Origin: an uncultured archaeon
GTDB taxonomy: Archaea > Asgardarchaeota > Thorarchaeia > Thorarchaeales > Thorarchaeaceae
Assembly (NCBI GenBank): GCA_964648855.1
Contig: CAZYLT010000007.1
Coordinates: forward strand, 1 to 32,000
Direction of reading: 5' to 3'
DNA: 32,000 nt
Shown here: one piece after another, positions 8,552 through 16,780 of the stretch
How the letters are laid out: each line of letters begins with the position of its first letter
How positions within the stretch are numbered: position 1 is the stretch's first letter
Notes under the pieces: generated by a model
What the model saw: the letters and a program-made list of their open reading frames with translations, nothing else
What the model was told of the DNA's origin: nothing
The model's database searches: none
Program-made: the position numbers and the translations under genes

Positions 8552-9750
8552 CTACTCATCACCTTCTCTTTCGGAGTGTAAATTGGAGATAGCTCACGTA
8601 GTCGGGATACGACTTTAGGGACCGCATCTATCACCCTATCTATGTCGCTGTCAGTATTGAATCGTCCCACGGTAATCTCAAGAGAGCCGTGCGCCTCTTC
8701 ATGAAGTAATCCTGTAGCAATAAGACAATGCGAGGGTTCAAGGGTCTTAGAAGTGCACGCAGACCCTGTAGAGATAGCAATGTCCAGGTCTTTGAATGAT
8801 AGCAATATCGATTCTCCCTCAATCCCGTCAAACCTGAAGTGAGCGTTGTTTGCCAGTCGTTCCTCAGGATGACCATTAAGATAGCTGTCAGGTACTTCAT
8901 TCAGCACAGTATCGATGATTCGGTCACGATACTTCTTAAATCGCCCTATTTCATCATTCATTTCTTCCTGCATAATCTCGGCTGCTGCGGCCATCCCGAC
9001 GATGGATGGCACATCTTCGCTTCCTGACCTCAGTCCCCTCTCTTGACCTCCTCCAATTATGAGCGGATTTACTCTGTAACCTCTCCGCATGAAGAGAAGA
9101 CCTGCTCCCTTAGGACCATAGATGTCATTTGAAGACATAGACATCAGGTCGATATTATCTGTTTCAACATTAATCGGAACTAGTCCTTCGGCTGCAACTG
9201 CGTCCGTATGTAGTGCAGCACCATGGTCATGAACAATCTCTCCAATCTCTCGTATCTTTTGAATAGTCCCAATCTCATTGTTTGCATATTGTATGGAAAC
9301 CAGAATCGTGTCACCCCGGAGTCTGCTCTCAAGTTTTCCAAGTTTTACCTGCCCGTATTGGTCGACAGGAACTCTGGAAACCATGAAACCTTCTCTTTCA
9401 AGATATTTTGCTATATTTCTGATAGAAATATGTTCCACTTCTGAGATGACTATGTGTTTTCCCTTTCTTTTGTTCCTTAAGGCATAACCAACGATGCCTA
9501 AATTGATAGATTCCGTCGCGCCGGAGGTATAGACTATTTCATCCATCTTGGCTCCGATGAACTCAGCCACTTTCTTTCTGCTCTGTTCTAATGCTTCAGT
9601 TGCTACATCACCGACATGGTGTAGAGAAGATGGGTTACCAAATCTCTCAGAGAAGTATGGACTCATCTGCTCCATTACTCGCTCATCAACGGGCTTAGCA
9701 GATTGGTAGTCGAGGTATATCTGTTCGTCGAATGTGCTACTCATCCTCAT
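8548..9750 (-). CDS. iscS: group I cysteine desulfurase homologue (IscS/NifS), Lys-to-Asp variant
   Basis: YLDY, GNPSS, TSGATES, NNEIG, GGGQERGLRSG and TGSACTS (C332). The PLP motif reads SSNDIYGPKG rather than SxHKxxGPKG. Confidence 0.92.
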   Translation of the reverse strand: MRMSSTFDEQIYLDYQSAKPVDERVMEQMSPYFSERFGNPSSLHHVGDVATEALEQSRKKVAEFIGAKMDEIVYTSGATESINLGIVGYALRNKRKGKHIVISEVEHISIRNIAKYLEREGFMVSRVPVDQYGQVKLGKLESRLRGDTILVSIQYANNEIGTIQKIREIGEIVHDHGAALHTDAVAAEGLVPINVETDNIDLMSMSSNDIYGPKGAGLLFMRRGYRVNPLIIGGGQERGLRSGSEDVPSIVGMAAAAEIMQEEMNDEIGRFKKYRDRIIDTVLNEVPDSYLNGHPEERLANNAHFRFDGIEGESILLSFKDLDIAISTGSACTSKTLEPSHCLIATGLLHEEAHGSLEITVGRFNTDSDIDRVIDAVPKVVSRLRELSPIYTPKEKVMSR

Positions 9751-9992
9751 TCGCTCTTTTTCTTTATTAGAAAGACTTGAACTCCATCTCCAAGTTTATC
9801 ATAACTAAGGAGCTCATGCCCCGTCCGCTTGCAGAATCTCTCAAGATCCGATTTTGCTGCGGGGTCGTCTGAAAGAACTTGCAGAACCTGACCTGGTTCC
9901 AACTCATCAATTGCTTTCCGCGTTTGAAATAAGGGTTGTGGACAGTACAGACCGATACAATCCAGCTCGCTATCTACTTCTTCTGAGTTCAT
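9747..9992 (-). CDS. tusA: TusA/SirA-family sulfur carrier
   Basis: LDCIGLYCPQP (CPxP) and SDDP...D motifs. Start placed at MNSEEVD; 4-bp overlap with iscS. Confidence 0.92.
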   Translation of the reverse strand: MNSEEVDSELDCIGLYCPQPLFQTRKAIDELEPGQVLQVLSDDPAAKSDLERFCKRTGHELLSYDKLGDGVQVFLIKKKSE

Positions 9993-10071
9993 CTCCAAAT
10001 ATACACCTTTCTCAATACACAATAGTTAATTATTGACTTATAATTCTATTCGTAGGAAAAAATCTGCTCCT

Positions 10072-10476
10072 CTATTGGTCACGATCCTGCACAAGCTCAT
10101 CTTGCATTATTCTACATCTGTCCAGCCATACTCTTTGGTATGTGATGTGGTCAACGACTCTATCTTGGAGATCCGGTATTGATTCAATTCCGTTAGACTT
10201 GCACCACTCGACGCAGATTCTATATGCCTTCCAGTCGAGATTCATGGTTTCCACTTCGACTGGAACTCTTTCAAATCCATTGAGATGCCACGCAAGCCCC
10301 CGAGTATGCCCATCTGTTGATACCAGTTCCCCATCCAACCTCTTGATGGGTATTGGTTCCAATTCATGTTCTCTACCTTCTTCAAAGAAATTCAGAACAA
10401 GGTCGAGTTTCTTTTTTGATATATAGAGCTGACTCGGCTGAATCTTATGGAGTTCTAGTGGTGAGGGAATGTCCAT
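10072..10476 (-). CDS. ParB/sulfiredoxin-like N-terminal domain protein
   Basis: IQPSQ...PIPI...DGHTR pattern of the ParB/Srx fold. Confidence 0.65.
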   Translation of the reverse strand: MDIPSPLELHKIQPSQLYISKKKLDLVLNFFEEGREHELEPIPIKRLDGELVSTDGHTRGLAWHLNGFERVPVEVETMNLDWKAYRICVEWCKSNGIESIPDLQDRVVDHITYQRVWLDRCRIMQDELVQDRDQ

Positions 10477-10639
10477 CCTTATGCCTCTGAATGACTATTA
10501 GCTCATGACTTGCCTTTCTCAGTTTCGAACAATCTCCAACTCGTGTCCCGAAGATATATCTCTTAGTATCTTAAGGGGCTTGTGCGTAGAAATGTCTACC
10601 ATTTGGTAATGATGCTGTACTAAGTCGGAGTACAAGGCG

Positions 10640-11827
10640 ATGAAATCTAACATTTACACGGAAAAGAACCAACAGATACCGGAAATACTAGATGAACTGG
10701 ATATTGATTCGTGGTTGATTTGGGTCAGAGAAACCTCTCAGCTTCGCGACCCCGCACTCGATTTGTTATTAGATGGAGATTTAGTATGGCAGTCAGCTCT
10801 GATATATACAAGAGAAGGAAGCCACATAGCTATTGTTGGCAATTTTGATGCAGATGGTCTCAGGGAAAAGAAGATATTCGATAGGATTGAATCCTATACG
10901 AAATCAATACAGGAGCCACTGATTCAAGAGCTACGAGAGATTAACCCCTCGAAGATTGCATTAAATTACAGTAAGAACGATGTCGCTGCTGATGGCTTGA
11001 CTGTGGGAATGTATCGCAGCCTCAAAGAGCTTCTGCAGGATACTGGTTTTGAGCAGCGATTCACGAGTGCTGAAGACATTATAGGTTGTCTTCGAGGAAG
11101 AAAGACCAAGACTGAACTGGACCTGATACGAAAGGCTGTGCAAATCACAGAGAAAATATATTCCATTATTAGAGAAGAAGTCCGACCCGGTCAAACAGAA
11201 CTTGAAATCTATCAACGGTTTCATGACCTTATGAGGGCTAATAACGTAAGTCCTGCTTGGGCACCAGATCATTGTCCTGCAGTTGATGCTGGTCCCGATA
11301 AGCAGTTTGGGCATGCAGGTCCAACTGAAAGCAAGACGAAAGAAGGGCACCTGCTTCATTTCGATTTCGGTGTCAAGTATTTCGGTTATTGCTCTGATAT
11401 ACAGCGGATGTTTTTCTTCGGCAAGGAGAGAGATGTTCCAGATCAAATCACCTCAGCATTCAATACGGTTCGCGATGCGATACAGACAGCTGCTGACAGA
11501 ATAGAACCGGGTATGAAGGGATTTGAGGTTGACGCGATCGCTCGAGACTATGTTGTAGACCATGGCTATGAAGAGTATCAACATGCTCTTGGGCATCAGG
11601 TGGGGCAGCATGCTCATGATGGTGGTGTTTTGTTGGGCCCTCTATGGGAACGCTATGGTGATATTCCAAAAGGCGAGGTGGAAGTGGGGAATGTCTTCAC
11701 GCTTGAGCTTTACGTGACAACTGAGGACTATGGTCAAGTAAGCCTTGAGGAGGATATTGTAATTTCTAAGAATGGATATGAGTTTTTGTCAACTCCGCAA
11801 AAGAAGCTAATATGCGTGCGTGATTGA
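10640..11827 (+). CDS. M24-family Xaa-Pro aminopeptidase/prolidase
   Basis: Metal ligands in FDFG, SDIQR, HALGH..G...HD, TLE and LEED; creatinase-like N-domain. Confidence 0.92.
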   Translation: MKSNIYTEKNQQIPEILDELDIDSWLIWVRETSQLRDPALDLLLDGDLVWQSALIYTREGSHIAIVGNFDADGLREKKIFDRIESYTKSIQEPLIQELREINPSKIALNYSKNDVAADGLTVGMYRSLKELLQDTGFEQRFTSAEDIIGCLRGRKTKTELDLIRKAVQITEKIYSIIREEVRPGQTELEIYQRFHDLMRANNVSPAWAPDHCPAVDAGPDKQFGHAGPTESKTKEGHLLHFDFGVKYFGYCSDIQRMFFFGKERDVPDQITSAFNTVRDAIQTAADRIEPGMKGFEVDAIARDYVVDHGYEEYQHALGHQVGQHAHDGGVLLGPLWERYGDIPKGEVEVGNVFTLELYVTTEDYGQVSLEEDIVISKNGYEFLSTPQKKLICVRD

Positions 11828-12292
11828 AACCAGTGCTAGTGATTTGAAGCGGAACACGTTAAGAATAATTACCGGATGGCGAAAAAACAAAAGCGCAATA
11901 GAAAATTTCAAAACTAAGTTCCTTGTACTCTTCCTCCTGTTATGAGGATTCTTGGCTTTCGCAACAAGTACTACAGGTTGGTTGATTCCAACTCTACTCC
12001 TTTTCATCGCTATCTTCCCATCAATCGCAAATGGGCGAGAGAAAAGAGAAACAGGATATGATTATCCTCAACTGGAAAATGAGTTGGTATCGAAAGGTGA
12101 CTGAATCGACCCGGAAAAACAAGAGAAGCCCGCAAATCCGTATACGATCTCCCAGATTGCTATCCCCATTGCGATGGTAGTGTTAGCATGGAAGTAGTTG
12201 ATTGGATTGGGTCCCATGACTGCAAAACGCCCTATTGTTCTGGATGAGTAAAATCAAAGCTTGGCGCTCTTTGAAAGAAATACCTTTTCAGG

Positions 12293-13117
12293 TTAGCGTT
12301 TTTCTTCCTCACATAGGGGTTCATCCATAGATCCTGACCTGTATCCCTTCAAATCAAGTGTGACATACTGAAATCCTAGAGACTTCCCTATTTGATGGAG
12401 GTCATCGAGAATCTCCTTATCAAAGAATGCATCACGCTCTTCAGGCGCGACTTCAATTCTGACAATATCATCATGATATCGAACTCTTAGTCTATGAACA
12501 CCGGTCATCTCTCGAATCCTCTCCTCGAATTCCTCTATTGTCCGGAGTAATTCCTTGGTGATTTGTGTGCCATAGGGAAATCGTGTTGCCAAGCATGCCA
12601 TTGAAGGCCGCTCTGCTATGGACAAGTCATGTTCCCGGGCATAGGCTCGAAGATCGGACTTTGTTAGCTCAGCCAAGAGAAACGGTGACGTGATGCCCTC
12701 CTCTCTAAGAGCTTGTTCTCCCGGCCTTCTTCCAGACATCTCTGTCGCTGTTGTCCCTTCCACAACCATATCGAATCCAAGTTTGCTGGCATGTTCTTTC
12801 CAGAGTTTCGCGAGAGCCTTTTTACACTGATAGCAACGGTCGATTGGATTGCTTGCGAGGTCGTTGTGGCTCAGCCAGTCGAAATCAATCACGTCGAGGC
12901 CTAAATCCAATTCATTTGCCACGGATTTGGCGTTTTGAATCTCTTCACTTGTGATAGTTTCACTACTAACCAGGATGAGACTGACTTCTTTTGCCCACCT
13001 CTTTGCATTGTGTGCCAACACGGAGCTATCTACTCCTCCACTGAAGGCGACTAATACATGATGACCAGAGAGCAGATCCCGTACGATATCAAACTTTGAC
13101 TTATCTCTTGCCATCAT
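12293..13117 (-). CDS. larE: LarE-family ATP-dependent sulfur transferase
   Basis: PP-loop AFSGGVDS, NPIDRCYQCK, RPG, SMACLATRFPYG, RVRYH...RIEV and DLKGYRSGSM. Confidence 0.92.
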   Translation of the reverse strand: MMARDKSKFDIVRDLLSGHHVLVAFSGGVDSSVLAHNAKRWAKEVSLILVSSETITSEEIQNAKSVANELDLGLDVIDFDWLSHNDLASNPIDRCYQCKKALAKLWKEHASKLGFDMVVEGTTATEMSGRRPGEQALREEGITSPFLLAELTKSDLRAYAREHDLSIAERPSMACLATRFPYGTQITKELLRTIEEFEERIREMTGVHRLRVRYHDDIVRIEVAPEERDAFFDKEILDDLHQIGKSLGFQYVTLDLKGYRSGSMDEPLCEEEKR

Positions 13118-14952
13118 CTCTCACCAGACATGTAAGGGTCTTCATCAATATCCAAACCAAAATATCCTATGTCTTCAAGGATCTCCTCCATGTTCTGGGC
13201 TCCAGCCATCCAACGTGTTTGCCAGTTTCCATCCTTATCAAGAAGAAGCTCAACATCAGGAAGGTCTCCTAAATGATCATGACCCATCTCAATTACATCT
13301 TGGTATGCCCCTGTCAAAGCGATAACGAAGTAAGAATCCTGCACATTCTCAAGCTTGCCAACAGGAATTCCAGTACCCATCTCTCCAACTGCCATAGTGA
13401 TTGGTCTATAGTCGTTGGTGTACCACATCTCTCCCGTGCCCTTTCTATGAAACTGCGAGATCTCTCCATCTGAATCACACGTAATATCAACTAGGCGAAC
13501 TGTTGTTTCTGGTCTCACATGTAGGTCTGTTATGGGCAAAATGGGGAAATGTTGTGTGACAAGTACATGATCGCCAGCACTATTGAAAACGCTGAAGCTA
13601 CCGATCACTATATGCTCTGGATACCAGAGTTCCTGAACAACATTACTCGAAACCAGCACATCAATACCAACCCGGGCAATATGTTTCCGAATCTCTGACC
13701 GCAATGCTCCACGAAGCATTTCCTGTTCACGAAGCTCGAAGAGCGAAGGGGATTCTGATGAGCTATCTGCAATAAATTTCTCCCAAATATTAAGAATCTC
13801 CTGCGCTGAATTAGCATCATTAAGTCTGGATATCCATGGTTCAAGGCGCTTTGCCATCTCATCAGAATCACGTGTTGAGCGATATACTGACCGTACTTCT
13901 AGAACCTCAACAATGACGAGTGAGCTCAACGCAGTAATCCCTCTGCCCGACTCTATCATGATATCCGGTGCTTGGCGCTCTGCAGTCTGGTTTTCCATCT
14001 CATCAATAATACCTCCGATGATTGCCCTTGCATACAACTCCATCATATTATCTGGATGACTACTTGTATAGTCAATGGGCAAGCCTCCGCCAAAATCAAT
14101 AGTTGTGAGGTTTTCGAATCCCATATATCTTATCTCGTAAAACCTTCGTGTCATGAAGTGAGCGAACTTCCTGAGATCTTCAATTGCAGTGATTTGAGAA
14201 CCTACATGACCAAGAATGGTTGTTACAGAGGCAGCAAAGCCAGTTTCCTTCAATAACTCAACGACGTCGAACAGGTCGTGGATGCTTAGACCGAACTTTG
14301 AATCTCTTCCTGCAGAATGAGCCCAATGTCCACGTACAGTGAGATATGGTTTCAGACGCAACACAAGAGTCGCTTCGTCAGGTCTGAACAAGTCTACAAT
14401 CGATTCTGCCTCGTGTACAGATTCTATGCTTATTCCTATGTTATAGCCATCCTCAGTGAGTTCCTTGATAGTTGAAAGGTATTCGGCGTCTTTGACTCCA
14501 TTACAAATGATGAGTCGGTGTTTTTCATTGCCGACGACATTTCTAATCAAGTGTAGCTCTGCCTTGGTTCCGGCCTCTATTCCGTAGGAGGAGTCTGACA
14601 TTAGTACAGGAATCACGAAATCTTTTCTATGGTTCACCTTGACCGGGTAGATACCATGGAATTCTCCATCATAGCCCAGCTCATCAATGACTTTGTGGAA
14701 GCATTTCTTCAGCTTCAGAATCTGGTACGTAATTAATTGAGGCATCCGAAGTGTGAAGGATGAGGTATATCCTTCCTTCATTTCGTTCTCTTGACGAATC
14801 CGCGAAACCAAATCCTCTATTGTCATCCGTTGTTTTTCGATTTCAATGCAAAGCTTGCCGTCTTTGGTCACGTTAAGGAAATGCAGGTCATTCCTATCTA
14901 GACCATACACTAGCTTGGCATCTTCTATTGTCCAGTTTTCCATTATATGCAT
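13114..14952 (-). CDS. speA: PLP-dependent (fold III) biosynthetic arginine decarboxylase-like protein
   Basis: YPVKVN (PLP Lys), EAGTKAE, CNGVKD, SKFGL, HVGSQ, DFGGG, ESGR, DITCDSDG and GAYQD. The start may be 14943. Confidence 0.85.
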   Translation of the reverse strand: MHIMENWTIEDAKLVYGLDRNDLHFLNVTKDGKLCIEIEKQRMTIEDLVSRIRQENEMKEGYTSSFTLRMPQLITYQILKLKKCFHKVIDELGYDGEFHGIYPVKVNHRKDFVIPVLMSDSSYGIEAGTKAELHLIRNVVGNEKHRLIICNGVKDAEYLSTIKELTEDGYNIGISIESVHEAESIVDLFRPDEATLVLRLKPYLTVRGHWAHSAGRDSKFGLSIHDLFDVVELLKETGFAASVTTILGHVGSQITAIEDLRKFAHFMTRRFYEIRYMGFENLTTIDFGGGLPIDYTSSHPDNMMELYARAIIGGIIDEMENQTAERQAPDIMIESGRGITALSSLVIVEVLEVRSVYRSTRDSDEMAKRLEPWISRLNDANSAQEILNIWEKFIADSSSESPSLFELREQEMLRGALRSEIRKHIARVGIDVLVSSNVVQELWYPEHIVIGSFSVFNSAGDHVLVTQHFPILPITDLHVRPETTVRLVDITCDSDGEISQFHRKGTGEMWYTNDYRPITMAVGEMGTGIPVGKLENVQDSYFVIALTGAYQDVIEMGHDHLGDLPDVELLLDKDGNWQTRWMAGAQNMEEILEDIGYFGLDIDEDPYMSGER

Positions 14953-14971
14953 CTCACTTTCATGAAACGGC

Positions 14972-15360
14972 CTATTCCTCGGTATCCTCCTGTCGGATGG
15001 TATCTATCATCCCTTGGAATGCCCGGGCCAATTCGCCGTCTCGTCATCCTGTCCAGTATATACCCTATCAACTTGGAGATTGCTTGTATCCAACCTCTCT
15101 TGGTTAATCATAGCTTATACCTTTCTGTTTGCCAAGTCCATCAAGTATTGAAGAGGACGAGTTATCTGATTGGACACGATTACTGGTACAGCTCCCGCTA
15201 TCAATATACCGCCAACGGTAACTGCAATAATGAAAGTGGTTGATTGAAGATCTGCAACCTGTATTCTAGCTTCAAGTGCAGGGATAGCTGCGAGTGCCTA
15301 TTCACGAGGTATAATGATGATACAGATGTATCCTCCCTCAACGTTTCCCACAGCTATACA
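14972..15360 (-). pseudogene. remnant of a membrane sensor (TM-HAMP) gene
   Basis: Reads ...GGYICIIIIPRE*ALAAIPALEARIQ...FIIAVTVGGILIAGAVPVIVSNQITRPLQYLMDLANRKV*AMINQ...GQDDE/frameshift/GELARAFQGMIDTIRQEDTEE*. Stops at 15298-15300 and 15115-15117, and a 1-nt deletion near 15039. Confidence 0.75.
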
Positions 15361-15602
15361 TCGAACCTTACTACTCCAGTTTCTTGATGACTGTAGCGTC
15401 CCTGAAGTATCATATACCTTCAGTTGTTCTCCATAGTCCAGTGAAAAGACCTGGGGGATTAACTTGTGGTCTCTACCTTACAAAGAGGCTGTAAGCATCA
15501 GAAGAAATTGGCTCTCTCCCTATCTCTCGAAGCCTCAACTGACCGCCCACCGTGTATCCCACGCTCGGTATCCATATAAGTTTTCAACGCCGCGCTGGCG
15601 CA

Positions 15603-16688
15603 ATGAATAATGATTTCTCCTCTTGCACTGTCGGATTCATGTGGGACTCTGATTTAGAAACATTCGATTTTGGAGCCCGTCATCCGGTAAGAGTGGGACG
15701 TTTTCAGATGGTACACGACTTCTTACTTGAATCCGGCATTCTTGATGCCTCTCGTATCGAAATCATAAAACCCGAACCCGTATCAGACGACCTTCTCCGG
15801 AAGGCACATTCTGAGGAGTACATTCAGAAAGTCAGGCAAATCTCGAAGACTGGTGAGGGCGATATAGACATTGATACTCCTGGATTCGTGGGTATCTTAG
15901 AACATTCTCTCCTAACGTCTGGAACAATAACCTCGGGGATCAGAGCTATGCATGGGGGCAGGATTGACCATTTCTACTCACCAACTGGCGGCTTTCACCA
16001 TGCCTTCTACAACCATGGGGGCGGCTTCTGTATCTTTAATGACGTTGCCATGGGCACCATTCTGCTGAAAGAACTTGGTTATGAGCGGATTCTAATTGCA
16101 GATTTTGATGTCCATCATGGAAATGGAACTCAGGATTATTTCTACGAAGATCCTGCCGTCATGACAATTTCATTTCACGAAGATTCCGAGTGGATGTATC
16201 CTCATGATGGCTTCATAGAAGATATAGGTGCAGATTCTGGTCGAGGGTATAACATCAATATGCCTTTCCCGATGGATGCGGGTGATGATGTATATCGCTA
16301 TGCCTTTGATGAGTTGGTTCCACCACTGGTTCACCTCTTTGAGCCGGACTTTATTCTCTTTCTTCCCAGCTTCGATGCACACTACCGAGATCCTCTCGCT
16401 CATCTAAACCTTACATTCAAGACTATCCACTATGTTGCAGAATGGTTCCACAGATTCTCTCATCGCTACTGCGATGGTTGCTTGGGAGTTGTCTCTGGTG
16501 GTGGATATAATCCTGAAATTTTCAAAATAGGTGCGAAAGTAATTATCTCGTTATTATCTGGTCTTGACGTAGGAATTCCGGAGGAGGAAGCTCCTTTTCG
16601 AGACGATGAAGAAACTTGGGAAATCACTAGAGAGAATGTAAAGAGAGTCAAAGATTGCGTCTTTCCAAAGTTATCATTGGAATATTGA
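15603..16688 (+). CDS. Zn-dependent HDAC/AcuC-family deacetylase
   Basis: FDFGARHP, GGFHHA, GFC, DFDVHHGNGTQ, FDAH..DPL and GGGY are all intact. Start placed at the ATG at 15603. Confidence 0.92.
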   Translation: MNNDFSSCTVGFMWDSDLETFDFGARHPVRVGRFQMVHDFLLESGILDASRIEIIKPEPVSDDLLRKAHSEEYIQKVRQISKTGEGDIDIDTPGFVGILEHSLLTSGTITSGIRAMHGGRIDHFYSPTGGFHHAFYNHGGGFCIFNDVAMGTILLKELGYERILIADFDVHHGNGTQDYFYEDPAVMTISFHEDSEWMYPHDGFIEDIGADSGRGYNINMPFPMDAGDDVYRYAFDELVPPLVHLFEPDFILFLPSFDAHYRDPLAHLNLTFKTIHYVAEWFHRFSHRYCDGCLGVVSGGGYNPEIFKIGAKVIISLLSGLDVGIPEEEAPFRDDEETWEITRENVKRVKDCVFPKLSLEY

Positions 16689-16780
16689 CTACTTTGCCGT
16701 CTTCCGCCTGTTGTTGGTTTTTGTACCGAAGAGAAGGAGTTAATTGTCAGGGTACGACACTGGCAAGACCGGGTGTAAGC

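Noticed and set aside
8548-13117. DNA phosphorothioation (Dnd/Ssp)-like system suggested by desulfurase, ParB-like and PP-loop genes
   Set aside because: The PP-loop protein is clearly LarE. There is no DndD/SspC ATPase, the genes are not one operon, and iscS is coupled to iscU.
14947-15243. 98-aa plus-strand ORF
   Set aside because: Antisense shadow of the HAMP pseudogene.
16655-16780. N-terminal extension of RdhA as a signal peptide (contains RR)
   Set aside because: It overlaps the deacetylase, starts at TTG, lacks RRxFxK and has no following hydrophobic helix. The ATG at 16781 starts right at the Fe-S domain.
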